Shown: in pieces, positions 14,965 through 22,977 of the stretch
Layout of the letters: each line of letters begins with the position of its first letter
Position numbering within the stretch: the stretch's first letter is position 1
Origin: a virus
Taxonomy: Duplodnaviria > Caudoviricetes
IMG/VR virus record: IMGVR_UViG_3300025151_000294
Span: 1 to 24,341 of that record
Direction: 5' to 3' (one strand)
Length of the DNA: 24,341 nt
The notes under the pieces: generated by a model
Seen by the model: the letters and a program-made list of their open reading frames with translations, nothing else
What the model was told of the DNA's origin: nothing
Databases searched by the model: none
Made by a program: the position numbers and the translations under genes

Positions 14965-17120
14965 TAAAACCTAGTGTTCCTTCCTTGGACCATACCCCAT
15001 CCTAAAAGGATAAAGTCTTTACCTTGTTCGCTTTCGTATTTGATTCTCATAGACCTGCCATGACCTCTGATCTTTAGTCTGGTAGCTATAATATCCTCAG
15101 GGTAGGCGAAGTTAGACAAGTTATCTGGATCAACTACAACAGGATACTTTAGTCTGTAGGCTTGTTGTGTAGAACTAAAGGTATCTGCGAAGTCCCAAGC
15201 TGCTGAGACCAGAAGAGAGGATGGTCTAATAGACTCATAACCATCTGTAGCATTACCTGTGAAACCCTCTTCTGTCAGTCTTGAGTAGACAGCTATGTAG
15301 GGTGCATTCTTCTTTGTCATCAGGTCACCCACGAAGTCGTACCCTGTGACAGCAAAGGATGAGTAGTTTGTGTCACCCCAATCCAAGAAACTTGTACTAT
15401 TAAAGGATGCCATAGTGATCTTATTGCTGCTACCCTCTCTTACTACAAGAACCAAGGCAGGGTCACCAGTAGCAAAACTTGAGACCTGAGTTGATACAAC
15501 ATCATCACCAGCAGATGTTACGACATCATCAGCACCACTGTTAGACGTAACGTCAAGTTCAAGTTCAGCAGCACCAAAACCTGAGTAGAACGAAAGACCT
15601 ACAATACAGTCTGTGCTTGAGGACTGATCAGGTACGGACCAAGGTATGAAAGCCTGAAGAGCTAAATCAAGAATGAGGAAGTTATTTAACTTAGCCTCTA
15701 TGCCTTCGTTATTATTAGGATAAGACCAATAAATTTTCTTGTTGATACTGTCATAGACAGAAGTTACTTTAGCTTTTACTGAAGTATCTATTCTATCCCA
15801 AAAGCTTTGAATAGTTGTCAAGCTTATATTTTGTTCTTGACCTTGGCCTGACACTGAGTCAGTCGTAAGTGTGTGAATACCAAACCTTGACCACCAGAAA
15901 GGTGTACCTTCAGCAGCTACAAATGTCTGAGGATTTAAAAGACCTACCTTAGACACACGGTTAATACCGTACTGAGACGCAGAGAATACCCCGTCTACAC
16001 CTGTGATCTGCCAGACACCATTCTCAGCAAAGACAAACAAGGCTGACTGATAAGGATAAAGAAGTTGGATGTTAACTGCGTCAGGTATAACAAGAACACC
16101 ACCATCACTAGCTAAGAGATCACTTAGGTACTCAGCAGTTGGGTCATTTACTTGGTGACAAATACCTAGATCGTTTACACTTTCTACAACTTTAGAGAAT
16201 AGAACGTGACCTGCATGGCTAGCATCAGCAATACCTGAGTAAAACACACGACCACCAAAGGAAGCTACAGACTTAAATCTTGTACCTATGGTTTCAGTAG
16301 ACAGTCCTGATCTAACTTTACTAAAGAAGTTTACAAGATAATGACCGTTAGAGGTTAGTGTGTTACCAGCAAAAACCTTATCCCATTCGGACGCATCAAA
16401 GTCATTACTAGAGTCTTTACCTGCGTACCAAGGATGTGTAAGCGGTGGGTAATTACCTGAGTTAGCTGTTGACCAAGTACTTCTAGCAGCCTCACCCTTA
16501 GTTCCTACCCAGCCAGCATTCTTTGTGTCATACGTTCTTGCTGCGTTTGTAGAACCTGCTGTTTTATAATCGTCTGTATTACCCTGCCAATCAAAGTCTC
16601 TAACTTGAAAAGAAATTTCTACACTAGCAAACTCGTTACCTGCACTAGCACTATCAAACGTCACATAGATAGTATTAATAGCTTCAGATGAAACAATCAG
16701 ATTACCGTTGATACTAGCAAACTGACACTTAGCTGTCTCAGCACCAGCAGAGCCTGAGTACTCATGGGTAGTCAAGTCTACATAGTCTGTGTATCCTTGG
16801 GAAGAATAAGGTAGTGTTGACTTATTATAGAAATAAAGATTAGAACCCTTTTGTACAACCAAGAACTCAAGGTCAGCATTACCGCCTACGTTTAGCCAAT
16901 CACCAGTGTGAACAATCTCACTGTCAGAAACAGTAAAAGAAGACAGGACATAGTTGCTTTCTAGAGCTAGTCCTAATCTTCTTCTCCTTGAGCCATCTCT
17001 ACGTAGCTCACAATTTGATTCATCTACAGAGGCACCTTCAGGAAACGTTAGCTCACCAGCTTCAGTGATCAAACCCCTGACAAAGTTGTTAACTGCCTTC
17101 TGACCTAGACTTTGCGGCAT
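14964..17120 (-). CDS. Tail tubular protein B / nozzle
   Basis: 718 aa, beta-rich propeller-like sequence (FGGRVFYSG, LFVFAENGVWQITG), N-terminal NNFVRGL. Downstream of the adaptor. Confidence 0.8.
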   Translation of the reverse strand: MPQSLGQKAVNNFVRGLITEAGELTFPEGASVDESNCELRRDGSRRRRLGLALESNYVLSSFTVSDSEIVHTGDWLNVGGNADLEFLVVQKGSNLYFYNKSTLPYSSQGYTDYVDLTTHEYSGSAGAETAKCQFASINGNLIVSSEAINTIYVTFDSASAGNEFASVEISFQVRDFDWQGNTDDYKTAGSTNAARTYDTKNAGWVGTKGEAARSTWSTANSGNYPPLTHPWYAGKDSSNDFDASEWDKVFAGNTLTSNGHYLVNFFSKVRSGLSTETIGTRFKSVASFGGRVFYSGIADASHAGHVLFSKVVESVNDLGICHQVNDPTAEYLSDLLASDGGVLVIPDAVNIQLLYPYQSALFVFAENGVWQITGVDGVFSASQYGINRVSKVGLLNPQTFVAAEGTPFWWSRFGIHTLTTDSVSGQGQEQNISLTTIQSFWDRIDTSVKAKVTSVYDSINKKIYWSYPNNNEGIEAKLNNFLILDLALQAFIPWSVPDQSSSTDCIVGLSFYSGFGAAELELDVTSNSGADDVVTSAGDDVVSTQVSSFATGDPALVLVVREGSSNKITMASFNSTSFLDWGDTNYSSFAVTGYDFVGDLMTKKNAPYIAVYSRLTEEGFTGNATDGYESIRPSSLLVSAAWDFADTFSSTQQAYRLKYPVVVDPDNLSNFAYPEDIIATRLKIRGHGRSMRIKYESEQGKDFILLGWGMVQGRNTRF

Positions 17121-17388
17121 TACGTTCTTTCTCTCTCATGTCTGCGTACTCGTTTCTTCGAACTGTACGAGACTTAGGCTTGTTTCTTAGGTAACTCTCT
17201 AAGGCTTTCTTAGCTGCATTGACACTTGTGTATCGTCCACTGAGTTCCTTAGGTACCTTACCATTCTTGAAGTTAATAACAAAGAAAGAAAAAGGGCTGA
17301 TCTCTTTTGATATTGTAACTTCTGTAACTAGCTTCTCTGACTTAGCTACACAGGTTTGGTTTACTGTGTCTTCTGTAAAGTCTAGCAT
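17089..17388 (-). CDS. Hypothetical protein (99 aa) in the tail module
   Basis: TAATG coupling to the adaptor gene, GKVPKELSGRYTS motif, 32-nt overlap with the nozzle start. Confidence 0.7.
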   Translation of the reverse strand: MLDFTEDTVNQTCVAKSEKLVTEVTISKEISPFSFFVINFKNGKVPKELSGRYTSVNAAKKALESYLRNKPKSRTVRRNEYADMREKERNAAKSRSEGS

Positions 17389-18119
17389 TATGTTCTTCCG
17401 TAGGATGGCCTTTTGTTTGCTCTTTTTGTTCTGTGCATATCGTTCTGTACGTAGGACTTTAAACGTCTAGCCTGTTGTTCTACCTTAGGGTCAGACCCTG
17501 CCTTGAACAAAGAGAAACAAGTTGACTTAGCCTCAGCTAAAAGATAAGGTAACATGTTGTCATCTAGGTCTGGCTCAAAGCTATCTGAGATAGTAAAGGT
17601 TGGGTAGACAGTACCATATGCTCTTGTCTTGTCAGCCTCTAGTGTATTACCTGAGGAGGACTTGTAGGCATCCATGATAATATGGTAGTCATCAAAAGAA
17701 GTATAGTAGCTAGGATCAACATTATTATAGACAAACAAGTCTGTGTTGCCTACCTTGTCTGATACTTTAAGTGAAGCACTTGACTGATCATCCATTTTCT
17801 CTAGGAACTCTAGAGGATGGACATAGTAAATACTTTTGTAATTACTTCCTGTGGTAGCTATATTATAAGACAAACTCTCAATTTGTTTTACATTGTCAGG
17901 GTACCTAAAGTGTGTAGGTCTAGTGCTGTCAGACAATGAGGTTAGCTTGAGAAGCTGTTGGTGCTCTGGTATATCTCTAGCTGATATAATATTATAGTAT
18001 GTGTCTTCGATAACAGAAGCTATCTGTTCAGCTTCGTTAGTATCACTGATAGAGTTCACATCTTCTGAATCCATATCGGACAGAATAGACTGAACCATTT
18101 CCAGAAGAGTACGTTTCAT
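17388..18119 (-). CDS. Tail tubular protein A / head-tail adaptor
   Basis: N-terminus TLLEMVQSILSDMDSEDVNSI is typical of gp11-like adaptors. Size and position agree. Confidence 0.78.
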   Translation of the reverse strand: MKRTLLEMVQSILSDMDSEDVNSISDTNEAEQIASVIEDTYYNIISARDIPEHQQLLKLTSLSDSTRPTHFRYPDNVKQIESLSYNIATTGSNYKSIYYVHPLEFLEKMDDQSSASLKVSDKVGNTDLFVYNNVDPSYYTSFDDYHIIMDAYKSSSGNTLEADKTRAYGTVYPTFTISDSFEPDLDDNMLPYLLAEAKSTCFSLFKAGSDPKVEQQARRLKSYVQNDMHRTKRANKRPSYGRT

Positions 18120-18580
18120 TAAGAAGACCTATCTACAACTACAACAATAAGAGCATGTACGTGAGAGCTAGGACCACCGTCACAAGCTATTTGTATGTAG
18201 TCAGAAGCTGTTACTGTGTTATTAGAAGAAGGAGCTAGGGTGTCTACATCACCTGCTGCTGATCCTGACTGGGTAATCGTAAGTGTACCCATTGAGCTAC
18301 CACCTGAATCACTTATGGTAAATACTGCGTCTGACCCATTGATAGCACCTGAAAGAACACTTTGTATCTTAGTTACTGTACCAGCAAAAGGAATAGGTAA
18401 GTAAAGACTACTAGCTGAAGAAATATCAGAAAAGTCTACAGTAAAAGTATCCTGTCTAGCTGTCCAAGCCCCACTGCCTGAACCATTAGCTACATACACT
18501 TTACCTGCTGTAGCAGCAGCTACACCCTTAGGCTCATGAAGGTAAGGATCAGTAAGTGTACTATGGTTTACATTAGCCAT
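18119..18580 (-). CDS. Virion structural protein, possibly a short fibre
   Basis: HEPKG...GKVYVANGSGSGAW N-terminus, Ser/Gly/Thr-rich beta domain, first gene after the internal promoter. Confidence 0.6.
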   Translation of the reverse strand: MANVNHSTLTDPYLHEPKGVAAATAGKVYVANGSGSGAWTARQDTFTVDFSDISSASSLYLPIPFAGTVTKIQSVLSGAINGSDAVFTISDSGGSSMGTLTITQSGSAAGDVDTLAPSSNNTVTASDYIQIACDGGPSSHVHALIVVVVDRSS

Positions 18581-18606
18581 CTATAGCCCCTGCATCAGTT
18601 AAAGAT

Positions 18607-18635
18607 ATGATAACATACTTTATCTATCTTGTCAA
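18607..18635 (-). promoter_or_regulatory. sigma70-type promoter TTGACA-N17-TATCAT for the tail operon
   Basis: On the - strand: TTGACA (18635-18630), 17 nt, TATCAT (18612-18607), upstream of the AGGGG RBS and ATG at 18580. Confidence 0.82.
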
Positions 18636-18636
18636 G

Positions 18637-18676
18637 AAAAAAATGAGGATGCCCCTAAAAAACTTAGGGACACCCT
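18637..18676 (-). terminator. Intrinsic terminator after the capsid genes
   Basis: - strand AGGGTGTCCCTAA / TTAGGGGCATCCT 13-bp stem with two G-U pairs, then CA and T7. Starts 7 nt after the stop at 18683. Confidence 0.85.
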
Positions 18677-18682
18677 AGTGCT

Positions 18683-19153
18683 TTATGGTTCGATGTATTC
18701 GATAACCAACTTGGCTTCACCAGCAGTAAAGGCTGCTGTGCCATAGTTAGCTTCGATGTACACATCGTTAGCACCAACAGTGGCTGTTCCACCGACTAGA
18801 GCACCGTCACAAGCTACACCCTTGTTAGCTGCGAGAGCCGCAAGAGCAACAGTTGCGTCGATACCATCGGCATCTACAGTCGTACCATCTTGCTGATAAG
18901 CACCGATTGTCAATGTAGCTGAACCAGCAGAGGTCCAAGCAGTTGTGACAATAAGGCTAGCAGACGTAATGTACGAACCTGCTGGAATGAAAGCATCGTG
19001 GTCTTGAGGAGTATCGGCTGATGAACCAAGGTCTGTCCCTGTCAGCGTCATTACCAATGCTTTCTTAGGAGAAACTGCTGTACCACGCTTTGCGGCAGTA
19101 CCTGCTTCACCTGCTGTAAGGATTTCAAGACCGTCTGCATTAACATATGCCAT
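18683..19153 (-). CDS. Probable capsid decoration / minor capsid protein
   Basis: Directly after the major capsid gene, strong GGAGG RBS, Ala/Gly/Thr-rich beta-sandwich pattern (IPAGSYITSASLIVTTAW...GEAKLVIEY). Confidence 0.7.
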   Translation of the reverse strand: MAYVNADGLEILTAGEAGTAAKRGTAVSPKKALVMTLTGTDLGSSADTPQDHDAFIPAGSYITSASLIVTTAWTSAGSATLTIGAYQQDGTTVDADGIDATVALAALAANKGVACDGALVGGTATVGANDVYIEANYGTAAFTAGEAKLVIEYIEP

Positions 19154-19166
19154 AATTTAGTCCTCC

Positions 19167-20135
19167 TTACGCTACTGTTGGTTTCGTGATAACACGAACC
19201 ATGTTTTCAGGACGATACAACTTGACACCGTAACGAGCCGTTGTTACGAACTCATGACGTTGGTGGTCTTTGTTGTAATCATAGTCAACCTCAGGCATCT
19301 GACGGAAGGCACCCACGAATGGGTTTACTTCTTGTGAAGCTGAGAAGAAGAGGTTAACCTTACCATTGGTGCTTGAGAAATCACCAGTGCTTGTGCTAAA
19401 CGCCTCTTCGAGACCTGAGTCAGTTGCGTCTGCCAAGAAGTTTGAGCAGTACACGTCGAAGCCATATACGTTTGCTACGAAACGCATACCAGTTGCGATA
19501 CCGTCACGAACAAGTCCTTCGAAACGTGGGTTGTTTGACACGTTAGTGATGTTGGACAGAGTGTTCAGTGTGTATTCAACTGAAGGATCAACGATAGCAA
19601 CCAAGTTGCTGTCTGGAACGCTTTGCTTTTTAAGGGCATAACGAGCATATGCAAACTCTTTAAGGGTGATGATCTCACCTGATCCAGAGGCTGCAACACG
19701 CATCTTAATGCCATTAAGTGTCTCTTCTGAGTTAGCAGAAACACCAGCTTCAGGGGCAGCAAGAGTGGTTGACTCAAAGTGCTCCATGATTGCACGTTCT
19801 TGTTCAGGGACAAAACGAGACATCAGTTCGTTAGCATAGAATGTGTCTTGTTCTGCTTTCTTCGTCATGTAAGTAGCTGATGACAGATACTTGTCAACGG
19901 AGAATGTGAAGTTACCCGTGTCGAGTGGACGATAAGTAACTGCACTGTCTTCAGTGTAGTTGTCTACCTGTGCCTGACCGATAGATGGGATGTTGAAATT
20001 GTTTCCATCAGGAAAACCATCAAGCATACGCACATATCGTTGTGCCATCATCTCATCACGCAGAATCTCTTTGAGTTCTGTTGAGTAGACTTGAGCACGT
20101 TGCAGGAACGAGGTATTAGATGTGGTCATTGCCAT
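19167..20135 (-). CDS. Major capsid protein (HK97 fold)
   Basis: 322 aa after the scaffold, GGAAGGA RBS, G...NIPSIG and terminal YGVKLYRPE patterns typical of podovirus capsids. Confidence 0.88.
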   Translation of the reverse strand: MAMTTSNTSFLQRAQVYSTELKEILRDEMMAQRYVRMLDGFPDGNNFNIPSIGQAQVDNYTEDSAVTYRPLDTGNFTFSVDKYLSSATYMTKKAEQDTFYANELMSRFVPEQERAIMEHFESTTLAAPEAGVSANSEETLNGIKMRVAASGSGEIITLKEFAYARYALKKQSVPDSNLVAIVDPSVEYTLNTLSNITNVSNNPRFEGLVRDGIATGMRFVANVYGFDVYCSNFLADATDSGLEEAFSTSTGDFSSTNGKVNLFFSASQEVNPFVGAFRQMPEVDYDYNKDHQRHEFVTTARYGVKLYRPENMVRVITKPTVA

Positions 20136-20150
20136 GTCTAAGTTCCTTCC

Positions 20151-20915
20151 TTATGCACCAAACTTTTCACCAAGACGAGCTTTATCTTCAAACATTTGCT
20201 GTTGTGTCTTGGCTGAATAGTACATGTTACGATTTTCCCTACGTAGTTTTTGGTAGTAAGACCAATCACGTTCCGTAGAGGTTTGCATACCGACACCTTC
20301 GGTACGAACCGAACCTTGAGTTATAGGACTAAAGGTTTTCTTTGGTTCACCGATAAGAGCAAAGAAGGCAGAAGGAGATTCAGCAGCAATGTCACGCATA
20401 CGTTCCAATGACATACCTAACTCAAATGCTTTCTTTTCGATTTCAGCCTTGGCTTCAGTGCCAAAACTTTTCTCTAGCTCTGCATCAACTTGAGCAAGAT
20501 TACGTTTAATAACACCCTCTTGTTCTCGTTGAGTAAGTGTCTGTTCGACTAGGCTCTTCAGGTCTTCCTCATTAATAGGCGCAGTGGTGTTCTGACTATT
20601 AATGCTACTTTTATCTTGAGACACCTCAGAGTTTACTGTAGTAGAGTCAGTGGCCTTACTCTGAAGTTGTTCGAAAACTTCCTTTTGGTACTGTGACTTC
20701 TTGAGGTCTTCTCTCATTTCTTCGAGTTGAGCCTCTAAGTTTTTAATGTAGCCATCAGCTTCTAACTTGCCTTTGGCTAGTACCTCAGGGTCTTTCCAGT
20801 TTTCTCCCTTAGTCTCTACGAGCTTCTGTAAGTACGAATCCTGTGGTGGGGTTTCTTGTACTTGTTGCTCTGCCTGAGTGTCGTCTGTGGTTTGACTTTG
20901 CTCAGAAAATACCAT
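20151..20915 (-). CDS. Capsid scaffolding protein
   Basis: Acidic, Gln-rich coiled coil (YIKNLEAQLEEMREDL) located between portal and capsid. Confidence 0.78.
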   Translation of the reverse strand: MVFSEQSQTTDDTQAEQQVQETPPQDSYLQKLVETKGENWKDPEVLAKGKLEADGYIKNLEAQLEEMREDLKKSQYQKEVFEQLQSKATDSTTVNSEVSQDKSSINSQNTTAPINEEDLKSLVEQTLTQREQEGVIKRNLAQVDAELEKSFGTEAKAEIEKKAFELGMSLERMRDIAAESPSAFFALIGEPKKTFSPITQGSVRTEGVGMQTSTERDWSYYQKLRRENRNMYYSAKTQQQMFEDKARLGEKFGA

Positions 20916-20919
20916 AATG

Positions 20920-21162
20920 TTATTCCTTGTCTAGGTTGATAATATCAAGCACCTTGGTTAGTGCTCTGTTGTAGCCGATACGATCAGCTTGCTTGTAGGC
21001 CCATGAGGGGCTGTCATAGTCAGCCTCTGGTCCTGTATCCTTGAGCATAGGCTCAAGTATTTCTTTGAGGCGGTCTAAGCTTTCACGGTTTGACAAGATT
21101 TTTTGTCGTAGCTCAAACTTTTCCTCAGGTGTTTTGCATTTAGAAAACCAATAGGACTTCAT
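20920..21162 (-). CDS. Hypothetical protein (80 aa) between portal and scaffold
   Basis: DYDSPSWAYKQADRIGYNRAL helix. Tight coupling with neighbours. Confidence 0.78.
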   Translation of the reverse strand: MKSYWFSKCKTPEEKFELRQKILSNRESLDRLKEILEPMLKDTGPEADYDSPSWAYKQADRIGYNRALTKVLDIINLDKE

Positions 21163-21230
21163 TATTTCTTTTTCATTGGCTTCTTAGTTGTGTTCTTATA
21201 GGGCTTGACCTTGCCTTTTTTGTATGGCAT
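21162..21230 (-). CDS. Lys-rich micropeptide (22 aa), not in the ORF track
   Basis: MPYKKGKVKPYKNTTKKPMKKK. AAAGGA RBS inside the portal end, starts 1 nt after the portal stop, ends in a TAATG overlap. Confidence 0.72.
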   Translation of the reverse strand: MPYKKGKVKPYKNTTKKPMKKK

Positions 21231-21231
21231 C

Positions 21232-22977
21232 TTATAGTCCTTTCTCAATAGCAATTTCTTGTTCTTCCTCTAGTTGGACTTGAGCTTCTATCGACATCTT
21301 CTCAGTCTGCATTTGCTCAAGGATCGCCACGTTTTCAGCAAACAAGGTAGGCTCACCTAGTTCGTCAGCTAAAATACGAGCAAACTCTTTACCTGACATA
21401 TGGACAGATATAGCAGGGTCAGCTAGTTTAAGTTGGTATAGCTGAGTAATATTCTGTACTCTCTGTGCTCTTTCAGCAAAGTGTCTGGCACCCATAGGTA
21501 TTATCTTGCCGTTAGCTTTGATGTCTTCCTTAGTAATCTCTTCAAAGAAAAAGACACCAGTATCTTCGTTGAGGACTCTGATAGTGTCAGCATAGTCCAT
21601 GTTACGTCTAGCTGCTTCAAGCATAGCATTGAGGATAGGTTCTAAGAAAACTCTTTCGAAGTGTGCAGTCTTATGTTGGAAGATACGACCTGCTGCTGTC
21701 ATCAATTGGTTTACTTCAAAGGCTGTCTTCTCACCTGCACTACGGATACCCATAGCTTCCCTTGGAGCACCTGCCATCATCTCCATCTTGGCTTCTAGGT
21801 TTTGAATCTGAAAGTCAGCATTGAGTGCAGTTGCGTCTGGTGCTAGGTACCCTACGTCACCCTCTTCACCCATGTATATACGGGCTGCTGGCTCAAAGTC
21901 AAAGTCCTCTACGTCACCTCTGATCTTCAGAATAGGATAGGCTATCTGATCGAAGACATCAGCCTTGAGGTTCTCTAGGTGATCAATGCGGTACTGCATA
22001 CCGACTAGGTTGTCTAGTGGCCCCATTGCATAGAGGTTGTCAGGACGATCTCTCCAACCTGCATGGAAGACAGAAGCTTTACCTAGCCAGCTAGGGTTCT
22101 GTTCGTTTGACAAGACATAAGACCTGTCAACAATTGTGATCACACGGTTCTTCATAAACTGATTTGTATCAGCATCGTACATGTCACCGTAGAACGTAAG
22201 GACTTCTACGTAGTCAGACTCAAAGTATTGCTTGATGTCAGAGAACCCATCAGCTAAGAGTCCCTCTGACTTATGTACATCTACGTCATTACCTGTAGCA
22301 TATGAACGGTTGTGCATCATCTTCTCAAAGATGTCGTTCATGTAAGCATTGTCTACAGTCTCGTCAATCTTTCTCTTGACCTCACCCTTTGTAAGAAGCG
22401 TTCTGACAATCTTAGGTGAGTCGATAAAGGAAGCAGCTAAAGGATTAAAACAAATATCAAAAGGAGAAACACGAACAAGCTTAGGTCCAACATAGTTAAC
22501 GGCTCTCTCACCATCCTCGTATTCTGTGTAGTCCCTGACAAAATCTACAGTAGCAAAACAGTTTCCGTACTGAATATAATCATTGATAAGTTTGCTTACA
22601 GTATTCTCAAAGTCTGACTGACGTACTTTGTTTTCCATGTAGGCTTGGATAACGTCACGTTTATTCTTTGTGTTAGCTTCTTGATCACTTGCTTCAAACC
22701 TGAAAAAACGTTTCTGAGGAAACAAGGCTGAGAAGTAGTTAGCATGTAGGTTGTCAGCAATCTGTGTTAGCTTAGGTGTTGTCGTACTGTTAGTCCAAGG
22801 TAGCTTACTATTAGATGTAGTACGAGTGTCCGTTGCATAAATGTAGTTACGGATTTCTTTCCACTCTTCAATCTTTTGCTGACGTGAGTTATTCCAAATA
22901 GTCCATCTATCTGCAATCTCCGTAGCTAATGCGTGAGGAGCTATAAGAGAATAGAGATCAATAGTTGTTCCAGCCAT
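21232..22977 (-). CDS. Portal protein
   Basis: 581 aa after terL (TAATG coupling). YGNCF, RVSPFD, YAMGPL and EKTAFEV motifs. Confidence 0.9.
   Translation of the reverse strand: MAGTTIDLYSLIAPHALATEIADRWTIWNNSRQQKIEEWKEIRNYIYATDTRTTSNSKLPWTNSTTTPKLTQIADNLHANYFSALFPQKRFFRFEASDQEANTKNKRDVIQAYMENKVRQSDFENTVSKLINDYIQYGNCFATVDFVRDYTEYEDGERAVNYVGPKLVRVSPFDICFNPLAASFIDSPKIVRTLLTKGEVKRKIDETVDNAYMNDIFEKMMHNRSYATGNDVDVHKSEGLLADGFSDIKQYFESDYVEVLTFYGDMYDADTNQFMKNRVITIVDRSYVLSNEQNPSWLGKASVFHAGWRDRPDNLYAMGPLDNLVGMQYRIDHLENLKADVFDQIAYPILKIRGDVEDFDFEPAARIYMGEEGDVGYLAPDATALNADFQIQNLEAKMEMMAGAPREAMGIRSAGEKTAFEVNQLMTAAGRIFQHKTAHFERVFLEPILNAMLEAARRNMDYADTIRVLNEDTGVFFFEEITKEDIKANGKIIPMGARHFAERAQRVQNITQLYQLKLADPAISVHMSGKEFARILADELGEPTLFAENVAILEQMQTEKMSIEAQVQLEEEQEIAIEKGL

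Noticed and set aside
18683-20135. T7 10A/10B-style frameshift or read-through fusing capsid and decoration protein
   Set aside because: No slippery sequence at the capsid end, the genes are out of frame, and the downstream gene has its own GGAGG RBS.
21089-21120. + strand TTGACA as a possible antisense promoter
   Set aside because: No acceptable -10 hexamer at 16-18 nt spacing.
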